NCBI GenBank assembly: GCA_002269645.1
Contig: NIVC01000280.1
Coordinates: 310,001-374,000, forward strand
From: Macrostomum lignano
Taxonomy: Eukaryota
Reading direction: 5' to 3'
DNA: 64,000 nucleotides
In this document: positions 12,853 through 25,300 of the stretch, piece by piece
Numbering within the stretch: the first letter of the stretch is position 1
How the letters are laid out: every line of letters begins with the position of its first letter
Notes under the pieces: model-generated
The model's input: the letters and a program-made list of their open reading frames with translations, nothing else
Database searches by the model: none
What the model was told of the DNA's origin: nothing
Made by a program: the position numbers and the translations under genes

Positions 12853-13677
12853 CTGGCGACGACGGCTGGTCTTATCGAACCACTGGAGACAGAAGCCCCA
12901 GCGGAAATCGAACGCTGGTTTCAACGCTTCAAAGCAGTTTCCAAACTGAGCAAGTGGGATGACACGGCTCAGAACTTTGCCCTTATCGCACACCTTGGCA
13001 AGAAAGCCTTCGGACTGCTGGCGGAAGCACTCTTACCGGAGAAGCCAGAAAACAAGAGTTACGCCGATCTGAAAACCCTGCTGATCAAGGAGACGAAAGC
13101 GGCAAAATCCGAGATCGCATACCGGTACACGTTCCATCAAGCAGGACGACAGTGAAGACATTTCTGCCTACGCGAGAAGGCTGCGGTTAGGTGCGGAGAA
13201 CTGCGGTTTCACAAGTGCCGAACTTAATGACCGCCTACGTGACCAATTTATCTTCGGTCTGTGGAATAAGGAAATCGTCAGAAAGTTGCTCACGGAGAAA
13301 CTACAGGATCTGACTTGGGAAAAAGTGACTACGGTGGCCAGCGCATGTGAGGCAGTCAGTCGCGGCGAGAGACAGATCTCAGGAGGAGAAATTCAGTACG
13401 TCAAGCCAACCCCCCATTCAACATCAAAAGCTCAGAAGCCATCGTACCAAAAATGCGACCAAAAAACGGCCCGTTGCGTCCTGTAAAGTGTTTTTGCTGC
13501 GGGAAGGAGGGGCACTCAAAGAACCAGTGTCACCACAGGACTAAAACATGTCTACAGTGTGGTAAAGTTGGTCATCTGAAGTCAGTTTGCAGAAGTGGAC
13601 CAAACAAGGTGAACAACGGCCTGTACCGAGCAGCAAATGGTCAAAGGGAAGTGGATCGAATCCAAGGAGTAGCGTAA
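12853..13677 (+). pseudogene. gag: gypsy gag (capsid-like region + two CCHC zinc knuckles), frameshifted
   Basis: LATTAGLIEPL..ERWFQRF..YRYTFHQ, frameshift ~13145, then RLRDQFIFGL..KLL, and CFCCGKEGHSKNQC / CLQCGKVGHLKSVC. Confidence 0.9.
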
Positions 13678-13739
13678 GAGCTATCGACGAAGCAGCTGAC
13701 CAAGTGGAGCATATATTCTCGATGATGACGCCAGAAGAT

Positions 13740-16641
13740 CGTCGTGTAAGCGGCAGGATAACTCGATATTTAGAAGTCAATGGGACGAAAATCAAGATGA
13801 TACTGGATACCGGGTCGTGCTCAACGTTTGTGTCAAGCACGGTGTTTCAGAGCCTATCTAAACCAGCAGGGTGAGGCCCACAACCAGACGATTCGCTGCG
13901 TACCAAGGAGACACTGTGCGAGTAAATGGTAAAGCTACTGTGAACGCTAAGCTGAACTCTGTGAGTTTTGACCTAACGCTATTTGTGGTGGACAACCCGG
14001 ATGCAGAATCTATCTATGGCCTAGACTGGATTGCTGTCCTTGAGCCAGATCTCTACACTTCTATCACAAAATGCACGGTGCTGGAAGAAGACAGTTCTAA
14101 CTCGGCAGCAGCGTGCTCAGTGAGAAAATTTTCTGCGTCATTGGCTATTGAATCGGGAACAAAGCCCATCTTTTTTAAACCACGACAAATTCCATATGGG
14201 ATTCAGGACGATGTCAAAGCCGAGTTAAAGAGAATGGAAGAGGCTGGGCAGCTCCAGAAGGTGGAATCTAGCGAGTGGGCCACACCTATCGTCTGTGTTC
14301 GGAAACAGTCTGGAAAGGTTCGGATTTGTGGTGACTATAAGGTTACCCTCAACCCACTGTTGAAAGACATGGTGTCTACAACGCCTACGATTGACGAAGT
14401 GCTATCGAAACTGAGTTGTTCCCGTCGATTCTCAACATTGAACCTATCAAATGCAAGGATCAAGATCAACTTGGATCCTTACAAGGATCCAAGTACCGGT
14501 GGACGAAGACAGTAGCGCGATGCTGACGTGGAGCACTCCGTTCGGCCTGTACAGGCCCACTGCATTGGCATACGGAGTCAAGCAAGCACCGGCAATTTTC
14601 CAGTCATTCATGGACAAACTGCTACTAAATGCAGAAGGTGTAATTTCGTACCAGGACGACATTCTAGTGTGGGGCTTTGACCAACAGAGTCATGACAAAA
14701 GGCTGTCCAAAGTTCTTCAAATCATAAATATAATGGATTGAGCATTAACAAGGATAAGTGCAACTTTGACAAGCCATCAATCATGTTCCTGGGATACGAG
14801 ATCAGTGAAAGTGGCATTCGCCCACCACCGAAGAAAGCCAAGGAAATTGCAGGAATAGAGGAGCCAAAAAATCTTAAGCAGTTGCAGTCCTTCATTGGAA
14901 TGGTCGATTTTTATGGACGGTGCATCAAGAATCTCGCGAGTTTGAAGGAACCTCTAACGAGACTGATCAGGACACGGACAAAATGGACCTGGGGCTCAGG
15001 AGAGCAGAGAGCGCTCAAGAGCATAAAGAATCAGCTGTACAACGCAGTCGTTCTTCAACCTTTTAATCCAGCCGACAAGATCATTCTCACAACTGATGCA
15101 TCACCCTCTGGACTTGGTGCAGTTCTAGAGCAATCAACTGGACCAGTAATTTTTATCTCGAAGACTCTGACACAAGCGAAGCGTAACTATGCTCAAATCG
15201 AGCGCGAGGCTCTTGCTATCGTATGGGCCGTGAAGCGCTTACACAAGTATTTGCTAGGCCAGAAGTTCATCATCCGAACAGACCATCAGCTACTGAAGTT
15301 CATCTTCGATCCGGGGAGATCTCTGTCAACTGTGCCTGCAGCCCGAATGCAACGCTGGCCAATCACTCTGATGAGTTACGAATATGTTGTTGAGCGCAAA
15401 AGATTCTCCGAGATTCCTGTAGCCGACGCGCTGTCAAGACTAAGCAACAACACATCTGAAGGTGAACAGTTTGATATTAGCTCAGTGCAGGACTGTTTAC
15501 TGGACGTTCCTATAAACAAGGAGAGCTTGAGAAGGAAATCGAAAGAGGACTCAGAACTTCGGAAGCTGTTCGCTCAAGTCAAGTATGGTTGGAAGACAGA
15601 AGGATTTCGAGAACTACAGCAGTTTAGTCGATTCAGGGACGAGTTTGTCATCGAGAATGGGTTACTGTGCAGAGGTATTCGGCTGGTTATTCCAAAGCTG
15701 GAGCGTTCCGCAATTCTGCGATTGCTGCACGAAGGGCATATCGGACCTGAGAAGATGAAATCTATAGCTAGACAATGTGTCTGGTGGCCCGATGTAGATC
15801 GAGACATCGAAAAGTACTCAAAAGGATGCAGTTCATGTCAGATGAACAAGGATCACGGAATAACTCGATAATGGACTTCTTGGCCGGACGAGACCCAGTG
15901 CTGGTCGAGAGTTCACATGGACTACGCAGGACCTATGAAGGGAGGAAATTGATGCGTTCAGCAAATGGGCTGAAGTTCACGTGACTAAAGGAACCTCTTC
16001 ATCTGAGACCATCAAGCGATTGCGAAGAACGTTCGCTCAAGAAGGCGTGCCTGTGACTATTGTTTCGGACAACGGACCTCAATTCGTATCGAAAGAAATG
16101 GAAGGTTGGCTAAGAGGAATCAACTGCCGATATGTTCTCACACCACCTTATCATCCAAGGTCAAACGGATTGGCCGAGCGCTTCGTGAGAGACCTACCTA
16201 AAAAATCACATCAGAGCTGCAAGGGAAGGCGACCTTCAGAGCTGCGTCGACCGGTTTCTACTGCAATACAGGAATTCAAGACACTCAACAGCTGGGAAAT
16301 CGCCCTCTGAGCTGATGAGAGGATATCTGCTCCGCACTCCAGCATTCTCTCTGGCACGTGAGCCAGTCTGGGTAAGAACATACAACAACGAGATGACTAA
16401 ATGGAAGTCTGGTGAAGTAGTCGCAACGGAGGGAAATGTTGTGGTCGACGTTGAGCTGGAGGACGGAAGGCGCGGACGCTACCATCGTGAACAAACAAAA
16501 CCGAAGATCTCCGGTTCTGATGACCTGGTGGAGACGGAGACGGAAGAAACTGCTGAACAAGGATCTGGTCTTCGCAGGAGTCAGCGCCATCGACGAGTAC
16601 CAGTGCGACTGAATTATCACAAGCTGGGTGTGCCTAATTAA
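13740..16641 (+). pseudogene. pol: gypsy pol (protease-RT-RNaseH-integrase), frameshifted
   Basis: LDTGS protease, WATPIVCV..VRICGDYK and YQDD RT, TDAS..EREALAIVWAV RNaseH, LHEGHIG..WWP zinc finger, VSDNGPQF..PYHPRSNGLAERFV integrase. Confidence 0.95.
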
Positions 16642-17089
16642 CTGTAATTAATTAATTAACGGGAAGGAGTGTTAGCATTGTGATGAACTTTTATTTAGCT
16701 AACAAATGCACTTTATTCACAAGCCGTTCATGGCTGCTGAGCTGCAAATGTCTATGGATATTTAGTTCGTGAGCATGGCTCGTACTGTACGAAAAGAGCC
16801 ACGAATTGTAATGAAAGAGTAAAAATTTCTGTTGACATGAACTAAAAAGCTGATACTCAAAATAATTAAAGGACTGGAAATCACTTCTAAGAAAACCAAA
16901 ATCTCCTCACTAAAAGACGATCTTGCAGGCCACAGTACAGTCTATGGGCGAGTTTGTACTCAGTATCCGAGCTCCAGACAAAAAAAATTATACTGAATTT
17001 CTGAATGTATTGACAGGTTAAAAAATCTAAAGTTGGTTTGCTGACCACTTACTATACTACTCCGATTTTAAAATTGACCACTGCTGAAC

Positions 17090-17310
17090 TGACAGCAGCA
17101 GCTAATCAAAGACATGCCAAAAGATGCAGAGTTTCCTGGCAGAAAGGTATTCAGAAATACTGTTCTTGTCTACCCCTGCTGCCAAGGTCACTCGGACTGT
17201 GTATCGGTGAATTTTTTCGTGAGCCAGCACACAGAGAACTACGAGTGATTCGGTCGGTAATTCTAGCGCACAAAACTTGACATATATTTCGTTGAAATTT
17301 CTGATATGCT
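17090..17310 (-). mobile_element. Degenerate RTE-like LINE 3' fragment
   Basis: QKFQRNICQVLCARITDRITRSSL and ARKLCIFWHVF resemble RTE C-terminal F.R.CLR.IL.....DRI.N..L / RKL.WFGHV. Confidence 0.4.
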
Positions 17311-18234
17311 GTATCGTTGAAATAACTGTATTTGAATACTAACATAGAATATTTGTTATAGTTAAGCTCATTTAACTTATTAAAAGTAGTGTTGTTCGAC
17401 ATGACATTGAAACCCGATTTAGCTAGAGCTTGTTTGGTGAGCCAGTTTGCACGAGTTGGTAGTGGTGGATTAGCCTAATCCCCAAATTAGCTGGTTTTCT
17501 TACTTTCAAACTCTCCCTGCTTGTCTATCGCTGTCCTCTCTTAGCTACATGACCTGCTGCTTGCCACTCCTATGCTCTGATCATCTGACACGAGTAGGAG
17601 GCCAGAGTGTTAAGTGATTGATTTCTATCCTCTGAGGCGCAAAAAGCCTCTGATAAAGGCTTAAAGGACTGCAGTAGCGAATTAAATGGGATTTGAAGAA
17701 TACGTACTACAAATGGATGATGAGAGGGACGAGTAAGTACCAAGTAAAAGGAGTATGTTGGGAAGCTTTAAAGATACGATAATACAGATGAAATTAATGG
17801 GATTATGGAGGCTATGGAAAATTCTGTCCGGAAAGTGGTTCATTGAAGATTAAGCAAGTACACTGTAGCAAGTCAAAGTATTAAGTTGGAAGACTTTAAC
17901 AACTTTGTAGATTGAATTTTTGCCAGTTTATTGGGAATAATGAATATAGAATTAATGAAACAGCGGAGGCACTGAAAAATTCTGCACTGAAAGCTTCTAC
18001 TAAGGGAAGAAAATGACCCCCTTTTACTCATCTCTTGCTTCCCTTCTTGCTTCCAAATATTTTTATTTGGCGTCTTCATCATTTATTTAGCATCATGCAG
18101 TCTTTACTGTTCAACATGCTTCCCTTCCTCTTCCTGTTTTTTCTCTGATCCACCGTCTCTCAGCCTCTCTGAGGCTTACCTGGATAGGAAATCAATAAAC
18201 TGATCATTTTTGTATAAAAAAAGTCATCACCAGC

Positions 18235-19303
18235 TGTGGTGCGCAGACTATGCGTGTACAATGCCCTTTCTCTTGCTCTCTAGCCAACATGCTCAGTGCC
18301 CCAATGTATTGCGTAACTCATAGCTGCACGTCGGCAGCTGCGTTGAGTCGACGAGCACTGTTGTGCGGGCGCCCGCTGTAGCCGTCCCGGTGGCCGCCAC
18401 GGTCAGACAGAAGATGCTGTCCTCCGGCTCTGAGCTGTCGCTGTCGGCCTGCAGGGCGCAGACGGCTTCCAACGGCCGGGAGAGGCAGGCCCTCGCCAAG
18501 TGATTTCGCTTTCCGCAGCGCTCGCACGTCTTGCCTCTGGCTGCGTTGCATGTGCGGTGGCCCGGGACTCCGCATCTGATGCACGTGGTTTGCTTGCCTG
18601 GCTGCTGCTTGGCTGGTCCCTTGACTAGTCGCTCTGCTGATGAGGCCGCTGCACCAGTGTCTCGAAGTCGAAGTCGCTGTACTGCCGCCTCGTTAGATTC
18701 CATGAGGCTTGCCTGAGTCTCTGCTGTCTCCATGGCTCTGGCCACCCGAAGCGCCTGCTCCAGGTCGACATTGTCGATCGCTAGCAGCTTGCGGCGAAGC
18801 TGCTCTGAACTGCAGCCGGCGATCACCTGGTCACGGATCAGGGAGTCTCTGAGGCCCTCGAAGCCGCAGCAGTCGGCAGCATCTTTGAGGCGCTGGAGCC
18901 ATTCGTCGATGGGCTCGCCGGACCGCTGCGTGCACAACCTGAATTGATAGCGGGTGAACGGGAGATTCCGCTTGCTGTCGAAGTCGTCGTTAAGCGCGGC
19001 TACAAGTGTTTCGACGTCTTTGCCTGCTGCCTCTTTGTCGCCGAGACCGGCCGCAATCGACTGCAAGTCCTCTTCGGCTGTACCCTCTCGTATTGGACTT
19101 TTCTTTTGCTTTGGGGGAGAGATGTGGTGCGCAGACTATGCGTGTACAATGCCCTTTCTCTTGCTCTCTAGCCAACATGCTCAGTACCCCAATGTATTGC
19201 GTAACTCATAGCTGCACGTCGGCAGCTGCGTGAATATATATCGCAAATATACGGCTCTTAAAGGCCAAGATTCTTACCCGCCAAGCGGACTACGAGCACT
19301 ACA
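18235..19303 (+). mobile_element. 1.07-kb non-autonomous LTR element with truncated 5' LTR and inverted gag
   Basis: 3' LTR 19123-19303 (TGTGGTG...CACTACA) preceded by PPT GGGGGAGAGA. First ~108 bp of the LTR repeated at 18235. 5-bp TSD CCAGC at 18230-18234 and 19304-19308. Confidence 0.92.
18343..19075 (-). pseudogene. gag: gypsy gag fragment, antisense to its own LTRs
   Basis: Uninterrupted frame: RYQFRLCTQRSGEPIDEWLQRL..CGF..LIRDQVIAG..LRRKLL, knuckles CIRCGVPGH and CERCGKRNHLARAC. Confidence 0.9.
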
Positions 19304-19559
19304 CCAGCCTTTACAGCAGGGCGTTGAGACGGACAAGAAAAGACCCGCATGTCCAGTATGCCTATTTTTCGCCTATTGTCCGTATCTGACAGCTCCCAGC
19401 TTGTTATCCAATGCCCAATTTTTCGTCATTTTTGAACATCATGACGGTCTCTCAGAACGTTTTTAGCCTGAGTAGGATCCACGAGACGTAGAAGCATGAA
19501 GTTTGTCGTAAAGACAAACTTTTAAAAGCATCGTAACAAGATTTTCAAACAGAAGCAGC

Positions 19560-20016
19560 CACTTTTGAGTTCACTGCAGCGAAGTCGTCAAAGTAAGTTC
19601 ACCCCGTGTGTCATTCAATTCAACAATGAAACAGGAAAATCGCGACTTTAGAGCAATGATGTACTTGCACTTCAAGTAAGGCTTTACAGAACATTTTCAC
19701 CCATCTATGTCCTTCATACGCAACCGTCTAAAACTGGTTGAATTCTCGCCGAGGTCGAGAAAGCGTCGAAGATGAACATCGATCCGGGAGACCCGAATTT
19801 TTCTTCATCGGAAGATGCTGTGAATGAGTTCAAAAGCGTCATCGGGGAGCTCCGGGATGAGGATTGGCGGCAATGCTTCGATAGCTGGTTTCACAGGATG
19901 CAAGCCTGTACCAATGCCGCGGGGGAGAGTACTTTGAGCATTTGTAGTTGTTTTTTAGTTCATTTATTGGTGTTTTGTGTTCAGGCTTTGTGTTTGTGTT
20001 CTAAGTGACCCTCGTA
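19560..20016 (+). mobile_element. Internally deleted mariner element
   Basis: N-terminal MKQENRDFRAMMYLHF..RRGRESVEDEHRSGRP joined at ~19795 to C-terminal EDAVNEFKSV..W..CFDSWFHRMQAC..GEYFEHL. 3' TIR end CTAAGTGACCCTCG followed by TA. Confidence 0.85.
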
Positions 20017-20199
20017 TCAAGAATTTTTTCATTCTATATTTTTAGCTGAATATGGCTACTGACAGCCTGTATGGGGGCTGTTAGGAAAGCAATAAGCATC
20101 TGTAAATTATCCCAAGAGGCAGTGAAATTTGAATACATGTGAATTTTTCTCTGACTCAACCGTAACAAAATCGATTCTCCGGTTGCTTGGGCAGCTCAG

Positions 20200-22951
20200 T
20201 GTAAAATTATAAACTCAAAAATTGCGATAAATCGTATATAAACACTTGACAAGTGTTCCAGTAATTTATTGAATAACTCATCGATGCTGTCAATAACCAC
20301 TACAATGACAACATGGCAGATCAGTGGTAACCTGCGTGATAGATGGCGCCCCGTTTCACCAAGTAGCCAGAATTCTACCCAGTTCGAGACAAACTGGCAC
20401 ACAAGACGCGTATTTTTGTCTGTACGCAACCGTCAAACGGAAGTTGGCCCAGCAATCAGTGCAACTGGAACTCGACAATTCACCTCTGCAGACATCACGC
20501 TTTGCGAGTGAAGAGCAGTGAAGAGTGAAGAGGGAACTGGTCCAAGGTAGATTTTCTGCCTGACACAGGAGCCAGCATCAACGCTATTTCTGAAGTGGAT
20601 TTGCACCTGTTAGGCGAACACCCAAAGCAGTAGACGGAAGAAAGATAGAAAACTGGAGAAAATTATTCCTCGAGATGCGGCTGGGATCCACAAATCTAAA
20701 GTGCGAAGTCTTTATCCTTCAAGGAATCAAAACTCCAATCATCTCACGTCAGACATGCAAGGATCTTTAAATAATTCATAAAGACTTCCCGAAGCAGCTA
20801 CCGAAAAAAGAGCACGAACTTCAAACTGCGTATTCATACTCACCCAGGGAACAAATGATATCAGAGTTCCCCGAGGTATTCAGTGGAGAAGTAAAGCCGA
20901 TGCCTGGCGAGAAATTCCGAATCCAGCTAGCAAAAGGGGTAATACCCTTCTCCGTCTCGACCCCAAAGCGAATCGCGGAACCTCTGAAACCAAGACTGAA
21001 GCAAGAACTGGACGAACTCGAAGAACAAGGCACCATAACGAAAGTAAGAGAACCAATCGAGTGGTGCGCGCCAATTACAGTCCAGTCCAAAAAGGATTCC
21101 GACAAGATTCGACTCTGTGTAGATTTGCGCAACTTGAAAATAAATTCGTGACACGTGAAAGATACCAAAGCAGTACTCCGTTTGAAGTAGTATCAAGACT
21201 GCCAGCAAATGCACGATATTTTACGACAGTAGATGCTCTGAAGGGATATCATCAGGTACCGTTGGACACCGAGTCGCAAAAGCTGACAACATTCATAACG
21301 CCATATGGCCGATATATGTATCTCAGAGCACCCTTCGGGATCAGCTCAATTTCCGAGCACTATAATCGCAGGATAGATGAAGCATTGCAAGGGATGGAGA
21401 ACATCAACCACGTTGTGGACGACATCATTTTAGCTCATGCTGATAAGCATTAACACCTGTATGCAGTGCGGAGATTCCTAATCCGATGCATGGAGCTCGG
21501 GATATCACTAAATCCGAAAAAAATTCAAAGTAGCTGAGGTCTCTGTAAGCTTCGCAGGATTCCGTATCGACTCCAACGGGTACACAACCGACCCAGAAAT
21601 CACAAAGGCAATTCGAGAACTCCCGCAGCCTAAAAACCTCACAGATGTAAAATCTTGGTTCAGCCTGGTGAATGAGGTAGCCTCATTTAGCGACAGGATC
21701 GCAGAGCTTGCCCTACAACTGAGGGAACTTCTAAAGAAGAAAAACGAGTTCCTCTGGAGTGAAAACACCAATAATGTTTCGAGGAAATGAGAACGCAACT
21801 ATCACAGGTCCCCGTTCTTGCCTATTACGACCCTCAAAATCCGACTGCTCTCCAAACCGACGCCTCAAGATTAAAGGGCCTCAGATTCCTGATGAAACAG
21901 AAACAGAAGGACGGAAACTGGTGAGTCGTACAAGCGGGATCGCGATTTCGGGAAGGCTTGCCAAAATTCGAAATAATAACAGATCACAAACCTCTGGAGC
22001 CCACCCTTAACCGTTACACCCTGGACCAGATTGAGAACCCCAGGCTGTTGAGGCTCCGCCAAAAACTGGACGCGTTTAACTACTCAGCCAGATGGGTAAA
22101 AGGCAAAAATAACGAGGACGCCGATGCCTTATCTAGAGCCCCAGTACAAGAAGCTATGCCAGAAGATGAGCTTTTGGAAAATGAGAACAACCAACAAAAG
22201 ATGATCGACTTTGACGGCATCTCAACACTCTCAGTTTCTGAGAAAGAAATTCTCGATGCCACGAGACACGATAATGAATCTCAAGAACTCCGAGATTACA
22301 TCGTGAACAGATTCCCGAACGACAAAGGCAACCTGCCACAACAGATAAGACCATATTGGCCAATTCGAGACCAACTGACGATTGATGACGGACTCATCCT
22401 GTGTGGCCATCGAGTGATCATTCCGAAACCACTCAGGCAACAGACACTAGAGAAGCTAAAGCAAATGCATCAAGGCGCCGTCAAGATGAAACGTAGAGCC
22501 AGAAAAAGCTTCTACTGGCCTGGCATTAATAATGAGATCGAGCAAGCAGCCAAGCAGTGCGTAAGCTGCCAGATGCACTTACCAAGCCTCCCAAATGAAC
22601 CTTTGAGAGCAAGAGCACGGCCAGAGCGTGTCTTTCAAGAGATCCACCTGGACCTTTTGTCACACGCAGGCAACCAGTACCTAGTAATCGTGGACGGACT
22701 GTCGGGATGGCCGGCAATCAACTCATTTGGCCCTAATGCTCCGACTCACAAGATTATCAATGCACTTCGACAGCGATTTTGTGAAAAGTCTGCCCCTGAT
22801 ATTATATGGTCAGATGGAGGACCGCAATTTACATCAGAGCCATTCAAGGCATTCCTACAGAGGTGGAACATCGAGCACCGAACGTCATCCCCAACGTACG
22901 CTCAGAGTAACGGCAAGGCAGAATTAGCAGTAAAGGAAAGGAAGAAGCTGC
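20200..22951 (+). mobile_element. Ty3/gypsy (Mag-type, VVDD) element: 5' LTR remnant, deleted gag, frameshifted pol, truncated in integrase
   Basis: ACAACA|TGGCAG LTR/PBS junction at 20313. PDTGAS protease, WCAPI..IRLCVDL, RAPFG..VVDDI RT, ITDHKPL RNaseH, MHQG..C..C, WSDGGPQF..SNGKAE integrase. Confidence 0.92.
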
Positions 22952-23705
22952 TGCGAGGATCGAGGGACTTGAAGAGTTTATTGGATGGTGATCAGTCACT
23001 CAATAACTCCCACTTCTAGACACTGGGGAACAAGTGCCTAGGTATAAACAAAATCGAATAACTCTCACTGCAGCGGATCCTCTTGGAGTCGGTAGTCGGT
23101 GGAGTCTTGTGCCGTGTCGGGATAGCAAGCTTGCTGAGCGGTTGCGGGGGCCGGTTCCGGTGAACAGCTGTTGTCTCCTGGAGTCCTTAACTTAATCTGT
23201 GGGCCGACCAACACGAGAGCGAATCATGCAGAATTCTTGACGGTCCTCGAGCTCGGAATAAACAATAGAACGTGCACGTGCGCCCTTATGAACAATTGAA
23301 TTCTCTAACTTTCTGTAATAGGTCCTCCTGAAGGGCGTCTTCTTCGTTACGTCCGAAACGTAACGGATAACTCAATTCAAATCAATAAATCCTCTAGGAA
23401 TGTATCCTAGGAAACAAGGAAGCCTTTCTCAAATGTGTCGACAATAAGTGGCTCTCGTAAACTCAATTAATCAACTTATTAGCGCTAGTAACAATTAGCT
23501 AAATCGGGTAAACGCTTACCAATCTATCCAGATTTCTTCTCTCAGAGATGAGTCTTCTTTGGTTAACTTATTCCACAGTCTTCCTTGAGACCGCTTCGAG
23601 TCTGAATTTTTTACTTGGATTTTCGCTTTTATTTATAGTAAAACAAGCTGTTGAAACCCGCGGATTTTGAACCCGGGGAACTCCATTCCCCGGAATTTTT
23701 TTGCA
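22952..23705 (-). mobile_element. Second solo-LTR-like module, inserted at the end of the gypsy integrase
   Basis: TATAAATA at 23637-23630, TCAGAC Inr-like at ~23603, GTAAGC donor at ~23519, GGTCCTCC.GAAGGG block at 23320. Architecture collinear with 10511-11282. Boundaries uncertain. Confidence 0.45.
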
Positions 23706-23864
23706 TGTATTCTAAAATCTGAGGTCAAACTCAAACAAAAACTTGTTAATAGTTAGGATTAGAGTTAAACATAAAATAGTGTACATTCATGTAAAATTAG
23801 GATTTGAGGCAAACATTGCTATTGTTGGCTGGGGTGCTGCGCAGAATGTCAGGCAAACTCTGGC

Positions 23865-25300
23865 CTCTACCTCTGCCTCTCCCTATGTCATTTGCATCCT
23901 TTGAAACTTCCATCTTCTTTTCTGTTTCCTATCTTCTCTCTTGTCTCTTCTCTCTCTCTCTCCTCTTATCTCTTATTTCTTCTCTCCTCTGTCCTCTCTC
24001 CTCTCTCGTCTCTTCTCTCGTCTCTTCCCTCTCCCCTCTATTCTTTTCTCTCTCCTCTCCTCTTTTCTCTCTGGTCTCTGGTCTCTCATATCTCCTTTCT
24101 CCTCTTTATCTCTTCTCGTTTCCCTCTGCTCTCTGCTCTCTCTTCCCTCACCTCTCTTCTCACTCCTTACTATACCCTCTCTTAACACTTTCATTATCTC
24201 TACTCTCTTCTTTTTCCTCTCTTCTCTCAACTCTCTCCTCTCATGTATTCTATCGTCTCTTCCCTCACCTCCCTTCTCTCTCGTCTTTGCTATCTTATCT
24301 CTCATTTCTCTTCTTTTATCTTCTCTCTCCTCTCCCCCCCTCTCTCTCCTCTCATCTCTCTGCTATCTCCCCCCCCTCTCTCTCTTCTCTCTAATCTCTC
24401 CCCTCTTTCCTCTCTCTCTCGTCCTTTTCACCAATTTCCCCTGTCCTCTCGATTCTCTCCCTTCCCCTCCTCTCTCCTCACTAACTTCTCATCTCTCCCT
24501 TGTGTGCACCTCTCATCTCTTATTTCTCATCTCTCCTCTTCTCTCTACTCTCCCATCTCTTGTCTGTTCACTCTAGTTTCTGCTCTCTCATCTCCCATCT
24601 CTCATCTGTCATCTTTACTCTCCTCTCTACTGTGTACTCTTCTCTCTCCCCTCTTCTGACACCCCTCTTTCCTTACTCCTCTCTTCTCTTCCCTCTTCTA
24701 TACTCTCTCCCCTCTATTCTCTTATCTCGTCTCTGCACTCTGCTCTCTCTTCCTTCATCTCTCATCTCTACTCTCTCGATCATCTTTTTTTTCATCTCTC
24801 TCATCTCCACGATCTCATCTCTTTCCTCTCTCCTCCTCTTCCCTTTACTCTATCATCTCTCCTTTCTCCTCTCTTCTTTCTCAACTTTCCCTTCTTATCT
24901 CTTATATCTTATCTCATCTTCTCACTCTTCCCTCTCTCATCTCTTATCTCTTCTTCTCACTCCTCTCTCTCCCCTCTATCCCCCTCTTATCTCCTCTCTT
25001 CTCTATCCTTTCTAACCTCTCCTCTCGATCCTCTCTCATCTGCCTCTCTGTTCTCTCATCTCTCATCTCTTCTCACTCTTCTCTACTCTCCTCTCTCATT
25101 GATCCTCTGTCTCATCTCTCCCCTCTTCTCTCTCCATCTTCTCATCTCTACTATTCCATCTCCCTTCTCTCTTCCCTCCTCTCGCTTCTTCCTCCCGACT
25201 CCCATATTCTCTGCTCTGCCCTCGACCCCCTCGTCTCTCCTGATATCTTCTATCTATTCTCTTATCCCCTCTCGCCCCTCCTCCCTTTCTAATAGTCTAT
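23865..25300. repeat. ~1.45-kb degenerate CT-rich polypyrimidine tract
   Basis: Almost only C/T (CTCT, TCTCATCTC motifs). All ORFs here are Leu/Ser low complexity. Confidence 0.95.

Larger units (their letters stand above)
12622..16900 (+). mobile_element. Full-length Ty3/gypsy (Mag-like) LTR retrotransposon, inactivated by frameshifts
   Basis: 231-bp LTRs at 12622-12852 and 16670-16900 (10 substitutions + 2 indels by eye, ~95% identical). 5-bp TSD ATCTC on both sides. PBS TGGCGACGA at 12854, PPT GGGAAGGAG at 16661. Confidence 0.97.

Noticed and set aside
23326-23368. Hammerhead ribozyme (CTGAAG...GAAAC) in the LTR-like module
   Set aside because: The core lacks G8-A9 in register with stem II, and GAAA lies in the loop of a competing perfect hairpin (CGTTACGT/ACGTAACG). 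The similar site at 10603 lacks GAAA.
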